From a virus (Duplodnaviria; Heunggongvirae; Uroviricota; Caudoviricetes): a stretch of 64,000 bases of DNA. A model generated the notes under the pieces. The model did not search any database. It was not told the origin of the DNA and saw only the letters and a list, made by a program, of their open reading frames with translations. The position numbers and the translations under genes are program-made. The stretch is taken from the IMG/VR virus record IMGVR_UViG_3300046507_000639, positions 64,001 through 128,000 of that record; one strand, given 5' to 3'. Below, one piece after another: positions 17,072 to 25,491 of the stretch (position 1 is its first letter; each line of letters starts with the position of its first letter).

Positions 17072-17096
17072 GTACGAGAAAGTGAACGGAGAAGAA

Positions 17097-17312
17097 ATGA
17101 GAGATCCATATCGTGCAATTATGATTGCAGCTGCTAAGGGAAAGGGTCTTCACTTGACTCCTGAGGAAGTGCACGATCTCGCCACCGACAGCGCTATTGA
17201 ACAGGTTGCCAATAGTTCGGTCACACCCGAAGAGATGGACGGTGTGGGAAACCACTGGGCATTCTGGCGCACGCAGAAGCCTGATCGACGAAAGAACTCT
17301 TTCGAACACTGA
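17097..17312 (+). CDS. Hypothetical protein (71 aa)
   Basis: GGAG SD before MRDPYRAIM. Confidence 0.55.
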   Translation: MRDPYRAIMIAAAKGKGLHLTPEEVHDLATDSAIEQVANSSVTPEEMDGVGNHWAFWRTQKPDRRKNSFEH

Positions 17313-17318
17313 GATACA

Positions 17319-17399
17319 AGAAAGGGAGCCGTGAAGCTCCCTTGATTTCCTGTGGCCCTTAAGGGCTTCTTGTGAGAGGGGCCGTTAGGTCCCTCTTTA
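17319..17399. terminator. Hairpin cluster at the convergence of the + cassette and gp23
   Basis: AAGGGAGC-cgtgaa-GCTCCCTT, palindrome GCCCTTAAGGGC, and AGAGGG(GCC)-gtta-(GGT)CCCTCT-TTAT. Confidence 0.7.
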
Positions 17400-18668
17400 T
17401 TACATGAGGTTCGCGACGAACGAACGGCGGTAGTAGACGTTCGTGTTTGCCGTGACGGCGCCGTTGCCCTTGGTTGCGCCCTGGGCGTACGGGTTGGCGA
17501 CCACACCGTAGCGGGTCTTGAAGCCGATCTTCGGCTGGAAGGAGTTCTCGCCGACGGCGCGGACCATCTGCAGGGGAACGTACGGGCAGTAGAAGAGGCC
17601 GGCGTCAAAGGTGTTGGAGCCCTTGTAACCGACGATCATGTAGTTGCCGCCAGCGTACGGGTCGATGTAGACCTTGAAGCGGCCGTTGAGGACGCCCACG
17701 AAGGTGTTGCCGGTGTCGTCAACCTGGAGGTTGTTGCTGTTCAGGGCCGGGGTGTAGTCGAGGACGCCTGCCATCTGGAGGGCGGAAGCCACGTCCGAGG
17801 AGCAGAGGACGATGTTGCCCTTGCCGCGACGGGTGTCTTTCGCGATCTGGTTGGCTTCGCGTTCGATCTGGAACATCAGGCCCTTGAACTTCTCAACCGA
17901 CCAGCGGCCGTTGGAGTCCGTGTCGAGGTTGAACGTGCCGGCTGCGGCGACGTCGACCTGAGAACCGGTGACGGCAGTCGAGTACAGGGTGCGGATCATC
18001 TCGCGGTTGATTTCAGCGAGGATTTCCGAGCTGAGGATGTTCGACAGCTCAGACTCAGCGTCCAGGCCGTGGATTGCCTTCAGGTCCTGTGCGAGTTCCA
18101 TCGAGTACTCTGCCTTCAGCGCGCGGCTCTTTGCCGTGACCGAGACCTGCTCGATGGTGAACGACATTTCAGCGAACGCGGTGTTCACTTCCATGTTGGC
18201 CGTCGTGACGCCGCCGCCTGCGTTAGCGGTGTTCGCGGTACCGGTCGTGCCGGCGTGGGTGCCGGTGCCAGAGTACGCGGTGTTGGCTTCGGTGTAGAAG
18301 GCCTCAGCGATAGCTGCGTTCGTGGTGTTCGCGTAGTTGGAGCGCATTGCGAAGACCAGGCCGGTCGGGCCGGTCATCGGCTGAACGCCCATGATGTCGT
18401 ACGCGATCAGGTTCGGCATCGCGCGGCGGACCAGCGAGATGAGGACCGGGTCGTAGTTGGAGACGTTGCCGGTCACGTTGACCGGGGTAGCTTCCATCAG
18501 GGACTGCGGAGACCAACCGCCGGACTCCTTGAGGGAGATCTCGGTGTTCTCGAGCAGGGCTGCGAGGGTGTTGCGACGGTGAATGTCAGCGATCTTCGGG
18601 AGCTCGGCGTGCTCGAGGAGCGGCTTCCACTTCTCGATCAGGCGCTGAGAGTTAGAGAGTTCGGTCAT
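17400..18668 (-). CDS. gp23: Major capsid protein
   Basis: KW.PLLEH, DPVLISLVRRAMPNLIAYD..GVQPMTGPTGL, SRALKAEYS.ELAQDLKAIHGLDAE, CPYVPLQMVRA, FQPKIGFKTRYG. Confidence 0.98.
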   Translation of the reverse strand: MTELSNSQRLIEKWKPLLEHAELPKIADIHRRNTLAALLENTEISLKESGGWSPQSLMEATPVNVTGNVSNYDPVLISLVRRAMPNLIAYDIMGVQPMTGPTGLVFAMRSNYANTTNAAIAEAFYTEANTAYSGTGTHAGTTGTANTANAGGGVTTANMEVNTAFAEMSFTIEQVSVTAKSRALKAEYSMELAQDLKAIHGLDAESELSNILSSEILAEINREMIRTLYSTAVTGSQVDVAAAGTFNLDTDSNGRWSVEKFKGLMFQIEREANQIAKDTRRGKGNIVLCSSDVASALQMAGVLDYTPALNSNNLQVDDTGNTFVGVLNGRFKVYIDPYAGGNYMIVGYKGSNTFDAGLFYCPYVPLQMVRAVGENSFQPKIGFKTRYGVVANPYAQGATKGNGAVTANTNVYYRRSFVANLM

Positions 18669-18696
18669 GAGAGGGTTCTCCTTTAATTCTTTGTGA

Positions 18697-18704
18697 TATT
18701 TATA
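18697..18704 (-). promoter_or_regulatory. Late promoter for gp23
   Basis: TATAAATA followed by TCACAAAGA. Confidence 0.85.
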
Positions 18705-18708
18705 ATTC

Positions 18709-19644
18709 TTACTTCTTCAAGGTCCGCGAGAGGGCGTCGACGTACTTGGCCATCATCGGGTCGATCTTGGAAGAAGTTTCAACAGTCTCAGCGACGAACT
18801 CTTCGTTCAGTGCCTGCTCGCCTTCGACCTTCTTCTTAGAGATGAGGCCTTCCTTGATGGCTACCAGCTTGGTGCGGAACTCGTCGTCGTTGGAGTACTC
18901 GAGGGACTCTGCGAGGTTGGCGAGGCGGTCCTTCTGGGTCTCAGTGAGACCTTCCGAGACTTCTGCCACGACGTCAGACGCCTTGGACTCGTCGATCTGC
19001 TTCGCGAGCTCGATCTTCGCTGCCTCAGACTCGTTGAGGGCTGCTTCGAGCTCGGCGATCTTGGACTCGAGGCCTTCGACCACGTCCAGGCCCTCTTCCG
19101 GGAGGACGACGTTGTGCGTGCTGAAGAGTTCCTTGAGGCCTTCCATGAACGACTCGGCGACGGCGACCTTGGTGTTGGTCTCGATAGCGACTTCGTTCTC
19201 GTTCAGCCACTCTTCTACGACGTAGTCGAGGTACTTGTCAACCTGCTCAGAGATAGAAGCGACTTCTTCCTCGAGCTTGGTAGCGTACTCGGCTTCCAGT
19301 CCCTCGCGGAGCTCTTCGACGCGCTCGATGAGAGCGGCCTCGAACACTGCGGCGACCTTGGTCTTGAACTCTTCCGTGAGGTCTTCCTCGTTGAACAGCT
19401 CGTCGGTGTGCTCCTTGACGGTGCGCTTGTCGGCGAGTCGGGCCGGGGCCTGGCTCATCGTCTTGCCGCTGTCGAGGAGGGACTCACCCTTGTTGATGCC
19501 GATCAGGTCCACGACGGAGTCAGCGGTCGGGTTGGCCTTCTTCTTGAGGTCGGCCTTGCGGTCGTTGGCACCAGTAGCGATCGGGTCAGCGATCGAAGAG
19601 TCTTCTCCGTCCGCCTTGAACTCCTTAAGTTCCTTGTTAGCCAT
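18709..19644 (-). CDS. gp22: Prohead core scaffolding protein
   Basis: LTEEFK.K...+FEAA, VDKYLDYVVEEW..ENEVAI, M.KY+.AL; position between gp21 and gp23. Confidence 0.9.
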   Translation of the reverse strand: MANKELKEFKADGEDSSIADPIATGANDRKADLKKKANPTADSVVDLIGINKGESLLDSGKTMSQAPARLADKRTVKEHTDELFNEEDLTEEFKTKVAAVFEAALIERVEELREGLEAEYATKLEEEVASISEQVDKYLDYVVEEWLNENEVAIETNTKVAVAESFMEGLKELFSTHNVVLPEEGLDVVEGLESKIAELEAALNESEAAKIELAKQIDESKASDVVAEVSEGLTETQKDRLANLAESLEYSNDDEFRTKLVAIKEGLISKKKVEGEQALNEEFVAETVETSSKIDPMMAKYVDALSRTLKK

Positions 19645-19674
19645 CGGCTAGCTCCTTTATCTTCAATTCTAGAA

Positions 19675-19682
19675 TATTTATA
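19675..19682 (-). promoter_or_regulatory. Late promoter for gp22
   Basis: TATAAATA. Confidence 0.8.
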
Positions 19683-20352
19683 TCTCGAGGTTTTTGAGGA
19701 ATTTCGAGAACAGATTGATCTTCTGGCCCTCGGTGAGGGCCTTGTATGACTCGTGGACTATGCGCTTGGTCTCTTCTGCGACCTCGAGGGCCTTCCACCC
19801 GTTACGCTCGTCGTAGACCCACTCGACGTTTTCCATGACGCCGTTGAGGTACGCCGCGGGCGCAGACGGGTCGATGACCACGTCGCCGGCAGTGGCGAGG
19901 TGGAAGTCGCTCTGGACGTACATGCCCTTGCCGCCGACGCCGTCAGACTCGCGGAGCGAGCCCATGCCGCGGGAAGAGATGCCCAGTCGTCCGCCGTCTT
20001 CGATCAGTCCGCGGACGATGTCGCCCATCGGAGTGGAGGAGACGCGAGCCTTGCCGATGAAGTTCGTGCCCTCACGCTGCAGCGACACGATGCGGTGGCT
20101 GATGCGGTCGGGGTTGATCGTCGGTCCAGAGGGGTGTCCGAGCTCACCGTACGCGGTGTTGTTCTTGATCTTCTCCTGGGAGTAACGGTTGACTTCGTTC
20201 TCCATGATGCCGATCGGGTAGACGCGGCCGTTCCTGTTACGGATGTCGGCCTGCAGGAAGATGCCCTCGATGTAGAGGTTCTTCTTGCCAGACTTCTCGT
20301 CGGCTTCAGTGACGAACGAGAAGTCCTCGGTCAGTTCAGTGATTAGCTTCAC
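19678..20352 (-). CDS. gp21: Prohead protease
   Basis: YIEGIFLQA..RNRNGRVYP, GELGHP.GPTIN.DR+SH, GISSRGMGSL, DPSAP.A. Confidence 0.96.
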   Translation of the reverse strand: MKLITELTEDFSFVTEADEKSGKKNLYIEGIFLQADIRNRNGRVYPIGIMENEVNRYSQEKIKNNTAYGELGHPSGPTINPDRISHRIVSLQREGTNFIGKARVSSTPMGDIVRGLIEDGGRLGISSRGMGSLRESDGVGGKGMYVQSDFHLATAGDVVIDPSAPAAYLNGVMENVEWVYDERNGWKALEVAEETKRIVHESYKALTEGQKINLFSKFLKNLEI

Positions 20353-21257
20353 TTGCCGTCCCTCTCTTCAGGCGCGGGCTTAGTCTCGCGCGGGTGCTTC
20401 TTTTCGACTCGGTCGCGGAACGACTCCCGGAACTCGCCGGCGGTCTTCACCTTGATCTTGTCCTTGTTCTTCTTGATCATCGAGCGTCCCGAGGACGAGC
20501 CGCCCTCAGGCTTGGACTTGGTGATCGTGCTGCAGTCGTCACCGACTGCTACTTCTTCCTTGGTCAGCTTCTGAACTGCGTGACCGATGCCGCCCGAACG
20601 CTTGCTGTGCTGCTTGTTGTGGTAGTCGCGGTGTGCGCGGTCTGCAGCGGTCGTGCCGTCAGTGGCAGCGATCTGGTTGACCTTGCCGATCTCGTGAGCG
20701 TGGTGAGACTTGTCACTCGACGCCGCGTTGATGTAGTCGCCGAGCCTCTTCTTCGAGATCTCGTCGAGCTGGTCGAGGACGTCCGAGATGTCGTCGATCT
20801 CGACTTCTTCCTTGACACGCTTGAGCTTCGGGTTCTTCCTCTTGGCAGCGGCCGACGCGTGACGAGAAGCGTTCGCGAGGATCGCTCCCGCGTTCTTCAT
20901 CGGTATGTGCTCAGACGAGGAGATCTTCTTCTGGACGGATGCGAAGGACTCTTCGACCGACTCCGGCTTGAAGTACTGCATGATCTGCTGCTTGGAGTAA
21001 GCGCGGCCTGACTGGAAGATCGGGACTTCGCTCATCGGGTCGGTCTTGACGCCGTTGTCGGCAGCGTACGCCGCGACGTCCTTACCGCCCTGCTGGTCAG
21101 CGGAGCGGCTCTTGTCTTTCTTGGTCTTGACGTCCCGCTCGCCGGCGTTGGCGACCGGGTAGTCCTTGACCTGGACCGGGTGCTCCTTGAAGGCGAGCTT
21201 GTCGAGCTCAGACCGAGGTCCCTCGACTTCCGTTACGTATTCTCGAAAGCTCTTCAT
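20349..21257 (-). CDS. Prohead core / internal protein at the gp68 position, with a capsid-targeting-like N-terminus
   Basis: MKSFREYVTE resembles the T4 IP CTS (MKTYQEFIAE). Contains one LDEISKKRL..Y...A...KR..GI..A..KL module. Confidence 0.6.
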   Translation of the reverse strand: MKSFREYVTEVEGPRSELDKLAFKEHPVQVKDYPVANAGERDVKTKKDKSRSADQQGGKDVAAYAADNGVKTDPMSEVPIFQSGRAYSKQQIMQYFKPESVEESFASVQKKISSSEHIPMKNAGAILANASRHASAAAKRKNPKLKRVKEEVEIDDISDVLDQLDEISKKRLGDYINAASSDKSHHAHEIGKVNQIAATDGTTAADRAHRDYHNKQHSKRSGGIGHAVQKLTKEEVAVGDDCSTITKSKPEGGSSSGRSMIKKNKDKIKVKTAGEFRESFRDRVEKKHPRETKPAPEERDGK

Positions 21258-21260
21258 CGA

Positions 21261-22670
21261 TTACTTCTTTCCGCCTGGGACCTTGACGTTACCGTCGGTG
21301 GCTTTGTGGATGGCAGTGTTCATGCCGACCCAGCGCTTAGCATACTTCTTTGAAGATGCCTGGCCCTTAGCGTCGTCAACGTGGTTACCGGCATACGCCT
21401 TGTGGGTGTCGACCTGTGCAGCAGCCATGGAGTCCTTGGCCTTCAGCATGTAGTTACGGAGGCGGGTCTGAGATACCTCGTCGAGCTGGTCGAGGATGTC
21501 GTCGATCTCTTCAGACTCAGAGGCGTTGACTTTGGCCCGGCCGCCGAGCTTAGAGAGAGCCAGGGAAGCTCCTTTGTCTCGATTGTCGGCTTTCTTCGCA
21601 TGCTGAGACCTGACGATCTTATCTTTGTGGCTGCGTGCAATCGACGCGTGGTGTGCCTGAGAATTGCCACCGTTCCATGCGCGGTCAACGTAGCTGCGGA
21701 GTCTGTCGTTCGAGACCTCTGCGATCTCTTCCTCGGTCAGGCCGTCGGTGTCGATCGACTTCAGGTCCTCGAGGATGGCGTTCAGTTCTTCTTCCGAGAG
21801 GGACTCCAGGAAGTCCTCGAGGTCGAACTCTTCGGTCTCTTCCTTCGTCAGCTTGTTAACTGCACGATTGATACCAGCCTTACGCTTCTGGTACTTACCA
21901 ACTGCGGCATAAGTTTTGGGGTCATCGTGACCGCCCTTAGAGGCAGCTGCCATTGCTCCACCCATGCTGCTAGCAGCTCGGTTGATGTATGCTCCGAGAC
22001 GTTCTTTCGAGACCTCGTCGAGCTGGTCCAGGATGTCAGAGATGTCTTCAGAGCCCTCCGTAGCGAGCTTGCGGGCCGCAGTATTGATACCATTCTGACG
22101 CTTGTGCATCTTGGTGATCAGGTTAGACTGGTGCTGGTAGCTCTTGCCCGAGCCGTCGCTCTTGGCGCGTGCCTGGCCTAGTTCAGTGCCGCGGTATGCG
22201 TTGTCAGAAGAAGCCTTTGCGACGTACTTCGCGAGTCGTCCCTTCGAGACTTCCTCGAGCTCAGCGTATTCCATGCCCTCGAGGTCGTCGAACTCTTCGC
22301 CCTCGCGGACGTCGGTGTCGTAGCGCTTGCCGACCTTGTGCTTGACGTACGCCTTGTGGGCGGGGTCGTTGCTGTGGACGTGCACGGTGTGCGTGTGCCA
22401 GCCAGTGCGTTCAGTCGTGGCGCTGATGCCGCGCTTCTTCAAGTGTGCCGCGAGCTTCTTGGCGTTGCTCTTGTTGTCGGCGTCGTCGGCACGGAAGTGG
22501 ACCTTGAACTCGTCGAGCTGTGCGTCCGACATCACGTTCTCAGTGACGTCGTCGATGTACGCGTCGATAGCAGAGTCGATCTTGGACTCCAGCATCTCGC
22601 CGACGAGTTCTTTGAAGTCAACGGGCTTGCGGGCGACGGCGGACTCGATGAGGTTTTTGATTTCTGCCAT
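21261..22670 (-). CDS. Expanded prohead core protein at the gp67 position with four basic repeat modules
   Basis: gp67-like N-terminus (KPVDF...+.SK+..AI), then repeats separated by acidic linkers. Confidence 0.6.
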   Translation of the reverse strand: MAEIKNLIESAVARKPVDFKELVGEMLESKIDSAIDAYIDDVTENVMSDAQLDEFKVHFRADDADNKSNAKKLAAHLKKRGISATTERTGWHTHTVHVHSNDPAHKAYVKHKVGKRYDTDVREGEEFDDLEGMEYAELEEVSKGRLAKYVAKASSDNAYRGTELGQARAKSDGSGKSYQHQSNLITKMHKRQNGINTAARKLATEGSEDISDILDQLDEVSKERLGAYINRAASSMGGAMAAASKGGHDDPKTYAAVGKYQKRKAGINRAVNKLTKEETEEFDLEDFLESLSEEELNAILEDLKSIDTDGLTEEEIAEVSNDRLRSYVDRAWNGGNSQAHHASIARSHKDKIVRSQHAKKADNRDKGASLALSKLGGRAKVNASESEEIDDILDQLDEVSQTRLRNYMLKAKDSMAAAQVDTHKAYAGNHVDDAKGQASSKKYAKRWVGMNTAIHKATDGNVKVPGGKK

Positions 22671-22695
22671 ACGAATGTCTCCTAATTCTTTTCTT

Positions 22696-22703
22696 TATTT
22701 ATT
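22696..22703 (-). promoter_or_regulatory. Late-promoter variant AATAAATA
   Basis: Overlaps the gp20 stop; upstream of the 469-aa gene. Confidence 0.6.
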
Positions 22704-24252
22704 CTTTAGAGGCTTCGGGTTCTTCAGGCGGCGCTATACCTGGCGGCAGCAGCGGCTCGTCCTTAGCCTTAGCGATCTGTTTCTCCATCTCTTCGATGTC
22801 CTCGTCGGTCTGCTTGAGGATTTCCTTCTTGATCCACTCAGAAGAGAAGAAGATGCCGATGTACTGTGCGGTCCTGTCGAGCAGGTCTATCCGCGACGTC
22901 ATGATCTCCTGGTTCTTCATCTCAGTGAAGTGGTCGTCGACCGCGAACTCGAAGAAGATGTTGTTCTTGATGCCCTGCCACTCGTCCTCGCTGATGATGT
23001 TCTTCAGCACCAACTGCTTCTCGAGGGCGGCGTAGAGGAGCATCGAGAACCGCTTGCGCAGTCGGGCGATGAACTTCTGGAACTTCAGCTCGTCTCGGCT
23101 GATCTCGCTCGGTCGGCCGATGGTGAACCCTTCCGAGGGGTTGAGCCGGCTCGTCGGGATGCCGAGCGACTTGTACATCTTCTGGAGGAAGTAGTCAAGG
23201 TCGGCCAGGTCGCCGAGGTTCTGACCGCCCGGGAGCGTCTCGACTTCCGTGCTCTTGCCGTCGCGGCGAGGGAACCAGTAGTCCTCGAGCATGGTCATGT
23301 GCTTGCGGTCGTCGCGGACCTCGCCGGTGCCGGCGTCGTACACGAGCCTGTTCTTGTGCTTCACCATCATGTCGCGGAGGTACTGCTCGGCTCGCGCCGG
23401 CTGCAGCTGACCTACGTCGATGTAGAAGATGCGTCGCTCGGGGGCTCGCACCAGTCGGTAGATGATGAGGGAGTTCTCGAGGGAGCGGAGCTGGTTGAAC
23501 GGTCGCAGCGCCTTGTGGAGGTACGACAGGACGAACTTGTTGTTCTCGTCCATGAGGCCTGAGTTCGAGAAGATGATCGAGTCCTTCGAGATCTTCAGGC
23601 CCTTCTGGTTGTACGTAGAAGAGGGCTCAGACGCACGAGACCCGTCGTTCTTGCCGCCGAAGCCGCGCTCACTGAAGAGGTAGTACTCGTTCTTCGTGAA
23701 CTTCATGGGCACGTCGGTGCCGTTGGAGGGGTCCTTCTTGATCTCACGGATCTTCGTGATCTTGCGAGGATCGATGTACCGGAGCTCCTGGATGCCCTTC
23801 GAGGGGTCCTTCTCGTCGATGACGACGTGGTAGTAGATCTGACCGTCGATGTACCAGCGACGGAAGATCTCGTAGGAGATGTTGTTGATGTCGAGGAGCT
23901 CTTTGACGTTGTCGAGCTCGTCGCGGATCATCTTCTTGATGTTCTCGGAGTAGCCCTCGAGGTTGTCGGTGTTCACCGTGACGACGTCGTTCTCGTCGGA
24001 GGCTATGGCCTCGTTGACGATCTCGTCGATGGCGTACTCGACCTCGGCCTCCTTGGCCAGTTCACGGTACTTCGTGATGAGCTCCGCCTCGGTCTTGGCA
24101 GAGCCCTCAATGTCGACGTACTGCCCGTAGGCGCCGCCGGTTGAGAGTAGGGTAGCCCCCTCGTCGTCTTGACGTTCAACGAACGACGGGAGCTCTTTGT
24201 CTTCGTTCCTCTTGATAGAGAAGCCGAAGAGCGACAGGTTCTTCATTGCCAT
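22699..24252 (-). CDS. gp20: Portal vertex protein
   Basis: LI.KYRELA...EV..AI.EIVNEAI, FRRWYIDG.+YYH, SYLHKA, IYRL.RAPERRIFYIDVG, MLEDYW.PRR.G..TEV.TLPGGQNLG. Confidence 0.97.
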   Translation of the reverse strand: MAMKNLSLFGFSIKRNEDKELPSFVERQDDEGATLLSTGGAYGQYVDIEGSAKTEAELITKYRELAKEAEVEYAIDEIVNEAIASDENDVVTVNTDNLEGYSENIKKMIRDELDNVKELLDINNISYEIFRRWYIDGQIYYHVVIDEKDPSKGIQELRYIDPRKITKIREIKKDPSNGTDVPMKFTKNEYYLFSERGFGGKNDGSRASEPSSTYNQKGLKISKDSIIFSNSGLMDENNKFVLSYLHKALRPFNQLRSLENSLIIYRLVRAPERRIFYIDVGQLQPARAEQYLRDMMVKHKNRLVYDAGTGEVRDDRKHMTMLEDYWFPRRDGKSTEVETLPGGQNLGDLADLDYFLQKMYKSLGIPTSRLNPSEGFTIGRPSEISRDELKFQKFIARLRKRFSMLLYAALEKQLVLKNIISEDEWQGIKNNIFFEFAVDDHFTEMKNQEIMTSRIDLLDRTAQYIGIFFSSEWIKKEILKQTDEDIEEMEKQIAKAKDEPLLPPGIAPPEEPEASKE

Positions 24253-24281
24253 CTTGTAGTCTCCTCAGGAGCCGTGATGGC

Positions 24282-24827
24282 TTATACGCCACCGCCGTCG
24301 CCGGTATTGCCGCCCACGATGCTCCAGGAGTCGTACTGCCAGACCACCTGGAAGGTCTCGACGGTGTCACGGGTGTCCCAGTCGAGGTCGATCACGCCGA
24401 CCTCCGAGGGCCAGATGCCGTTGAACTGGTAGATGCGGAGCTCAGAGCCGTCCTTGCCGTACTGGGTGACGATCGCCTGAGACTTGTAGTTGCCGGGAGC
24501 AGAGCCGAGGGCAGCGATGTTAGTCTCGCGTCCGTTGATGGCGTTAGACCAGGTCTCGATGGCGTCGCGGATCGCGAAGTCTTCGTCGTTGTAGACGGTC
24601 GTCGTCCAGGCCTGGAACTCACGGTCGCCCGGGACCTTGATGGTGCGGCCGAAGTAAGACACGTTGATGATGCCGATGGTGTCTCCCGGGAGAGAAGCAG
24701 CGCGGCAGTGGAACGGGAGCTTGATGTCTGCGACTGCGTTGACCGGGTTAGTGATCTGGACGCTGAACTGGCTCGGTCGGGCGCCGCCGAACTGGAGCTG
24801 AGAGCGAATCTCATTGATGTTGAACAT
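24282..24827 (-). CDS. gp19: Tail tube protein
   Basis: GGARPSQF, F.CRAASLPG, YFGR.IK+PGDR.F..WT.T+YNDEDF.IR, Y.F.GIWP.EVG.IDLDW. Confidence 0.95.
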   Translation of the reverse strand: MFNINEIRSQLQFGGARPSQFSVQITNPVNAVADIKLPFHCRAASLPGDTIGIINVSYFGRTIKVPGDREFQAWTTTVYNDEDFAIRDAIETWSNAINGRETNIAALGSAPGNYKSQAIVTQYGKDGSELRIYQFNGIWPSEVGVIDLDWDTRDTVETFQVVWQYDSWSIVGGNTGDGGGV

Positions 24828-24860
24828 GTTGTCCTCTCGATTTACGATAGATCTTTGGGA

Positions 24861-24868
24861 TATTTATA
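24861..24868 (-). promoter_or_regulatory. Late promoter for gp19
   Basis: TATAAATA followed by TCCCAAAGA. Confidence 0.85.
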
Positions 24869-24878
24869 AAAGAGCCTA

Positions 24879-24907
24879 TTTACATCCTTCGGAAGGTGTG
24901 GTATAGT
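24879..24907 (+). promoter_or_regulatory. sigma70-like early promoter
   Basis: TTTACA-N17-TATAGT with TGG before -10. Confidence 0.72.
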
Positions 24908-24943
24908 ACGAACCATGAACCACCTAATAGAAGGACTCTCGTA

Positions 24944-25231
24944 ATGCCTGCCGAAGCAGTGAAATCAGTGGTAGCCTTAGTGTTCCACTTGTACAGCTCA
25001 CCAGTACCCGTCCAACACTTCTTCATACACGAGACGGAGGCCCAGTGCCGCCAGGACATCTTCGTGCTGCAGCACAATAAGACGCCCACTCAGGTCATGC
25101 TGGAGGCCCAGATCATCCCTGAGCCCGTGCAGTCCATCGAGTACTCGTGCATCACGTTCGACGAGGCCTGGGACCGTCAGACCGGTGGTGGGACGAAGGC
25201 GCCCTCCGACGCGGAGCCTAACGAGCAATGA
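24944..25231 (+). CDS. Hypothetical protein
   Basis: AAGGA SD before MPAEAVKS; inserted antisense between gp18 and gp19. Confidence 0.6.
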   Translation: MPAEAVKSVVALVFHLYSSPVPVQHFFIHETEAQCRQDIFVLQHNKTPTQVMLEAQIIPEPVQSIEYSCITFDEAWDRQTGGGTKAPSDAEPNEQ

Positions 25232-25422
25232 TCCGCTTCCTGGGAAAGACTTTCTTATTTTTCGTGGGGCTGTACGTGATCGTGCTGATCACCGCTACGG
25301 TGAACGCCGACCCCGAGTGTGTAGTCCGCGCTCAGCAGACCGGAAGCAGCAAGCAGTCGTCCGTGATGTTCTGCGCCCTCTTCGGCAAGTTCGAGCAGGT
25401 GGGGAACGACTGGTCTAAGTGA
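25228..25422 (+). CDS. Small membrane-anchored/exported protein with two Cys
   Basis: ATGA coupling; N-terminal hydrophobic helix then ADPEC...FCA. Confidence 0.6.
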   Translation: MIRFLGKTFLFFVGLYVIVLITATVNADPECVVRAQQTGSSKQSSVMFCALFGKFEQVGNDWSK

Positions 25423-25443
25423 GAAGTGCATACCGCGAAAAGC

Positions 25444-25471
25444 AAAAGGGGAGCCGTGAGCTCCCCCTTTT
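25444..25471. terminator. Bidirectional intrinsic terminator
   Basis: AAAA-GGGGAGC-cgtga-GCTCCCC-CTTTT. Confidence 0.8.
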
Positions 25472-25491
25472 CGTTTCTATGTCCAGTCCGA

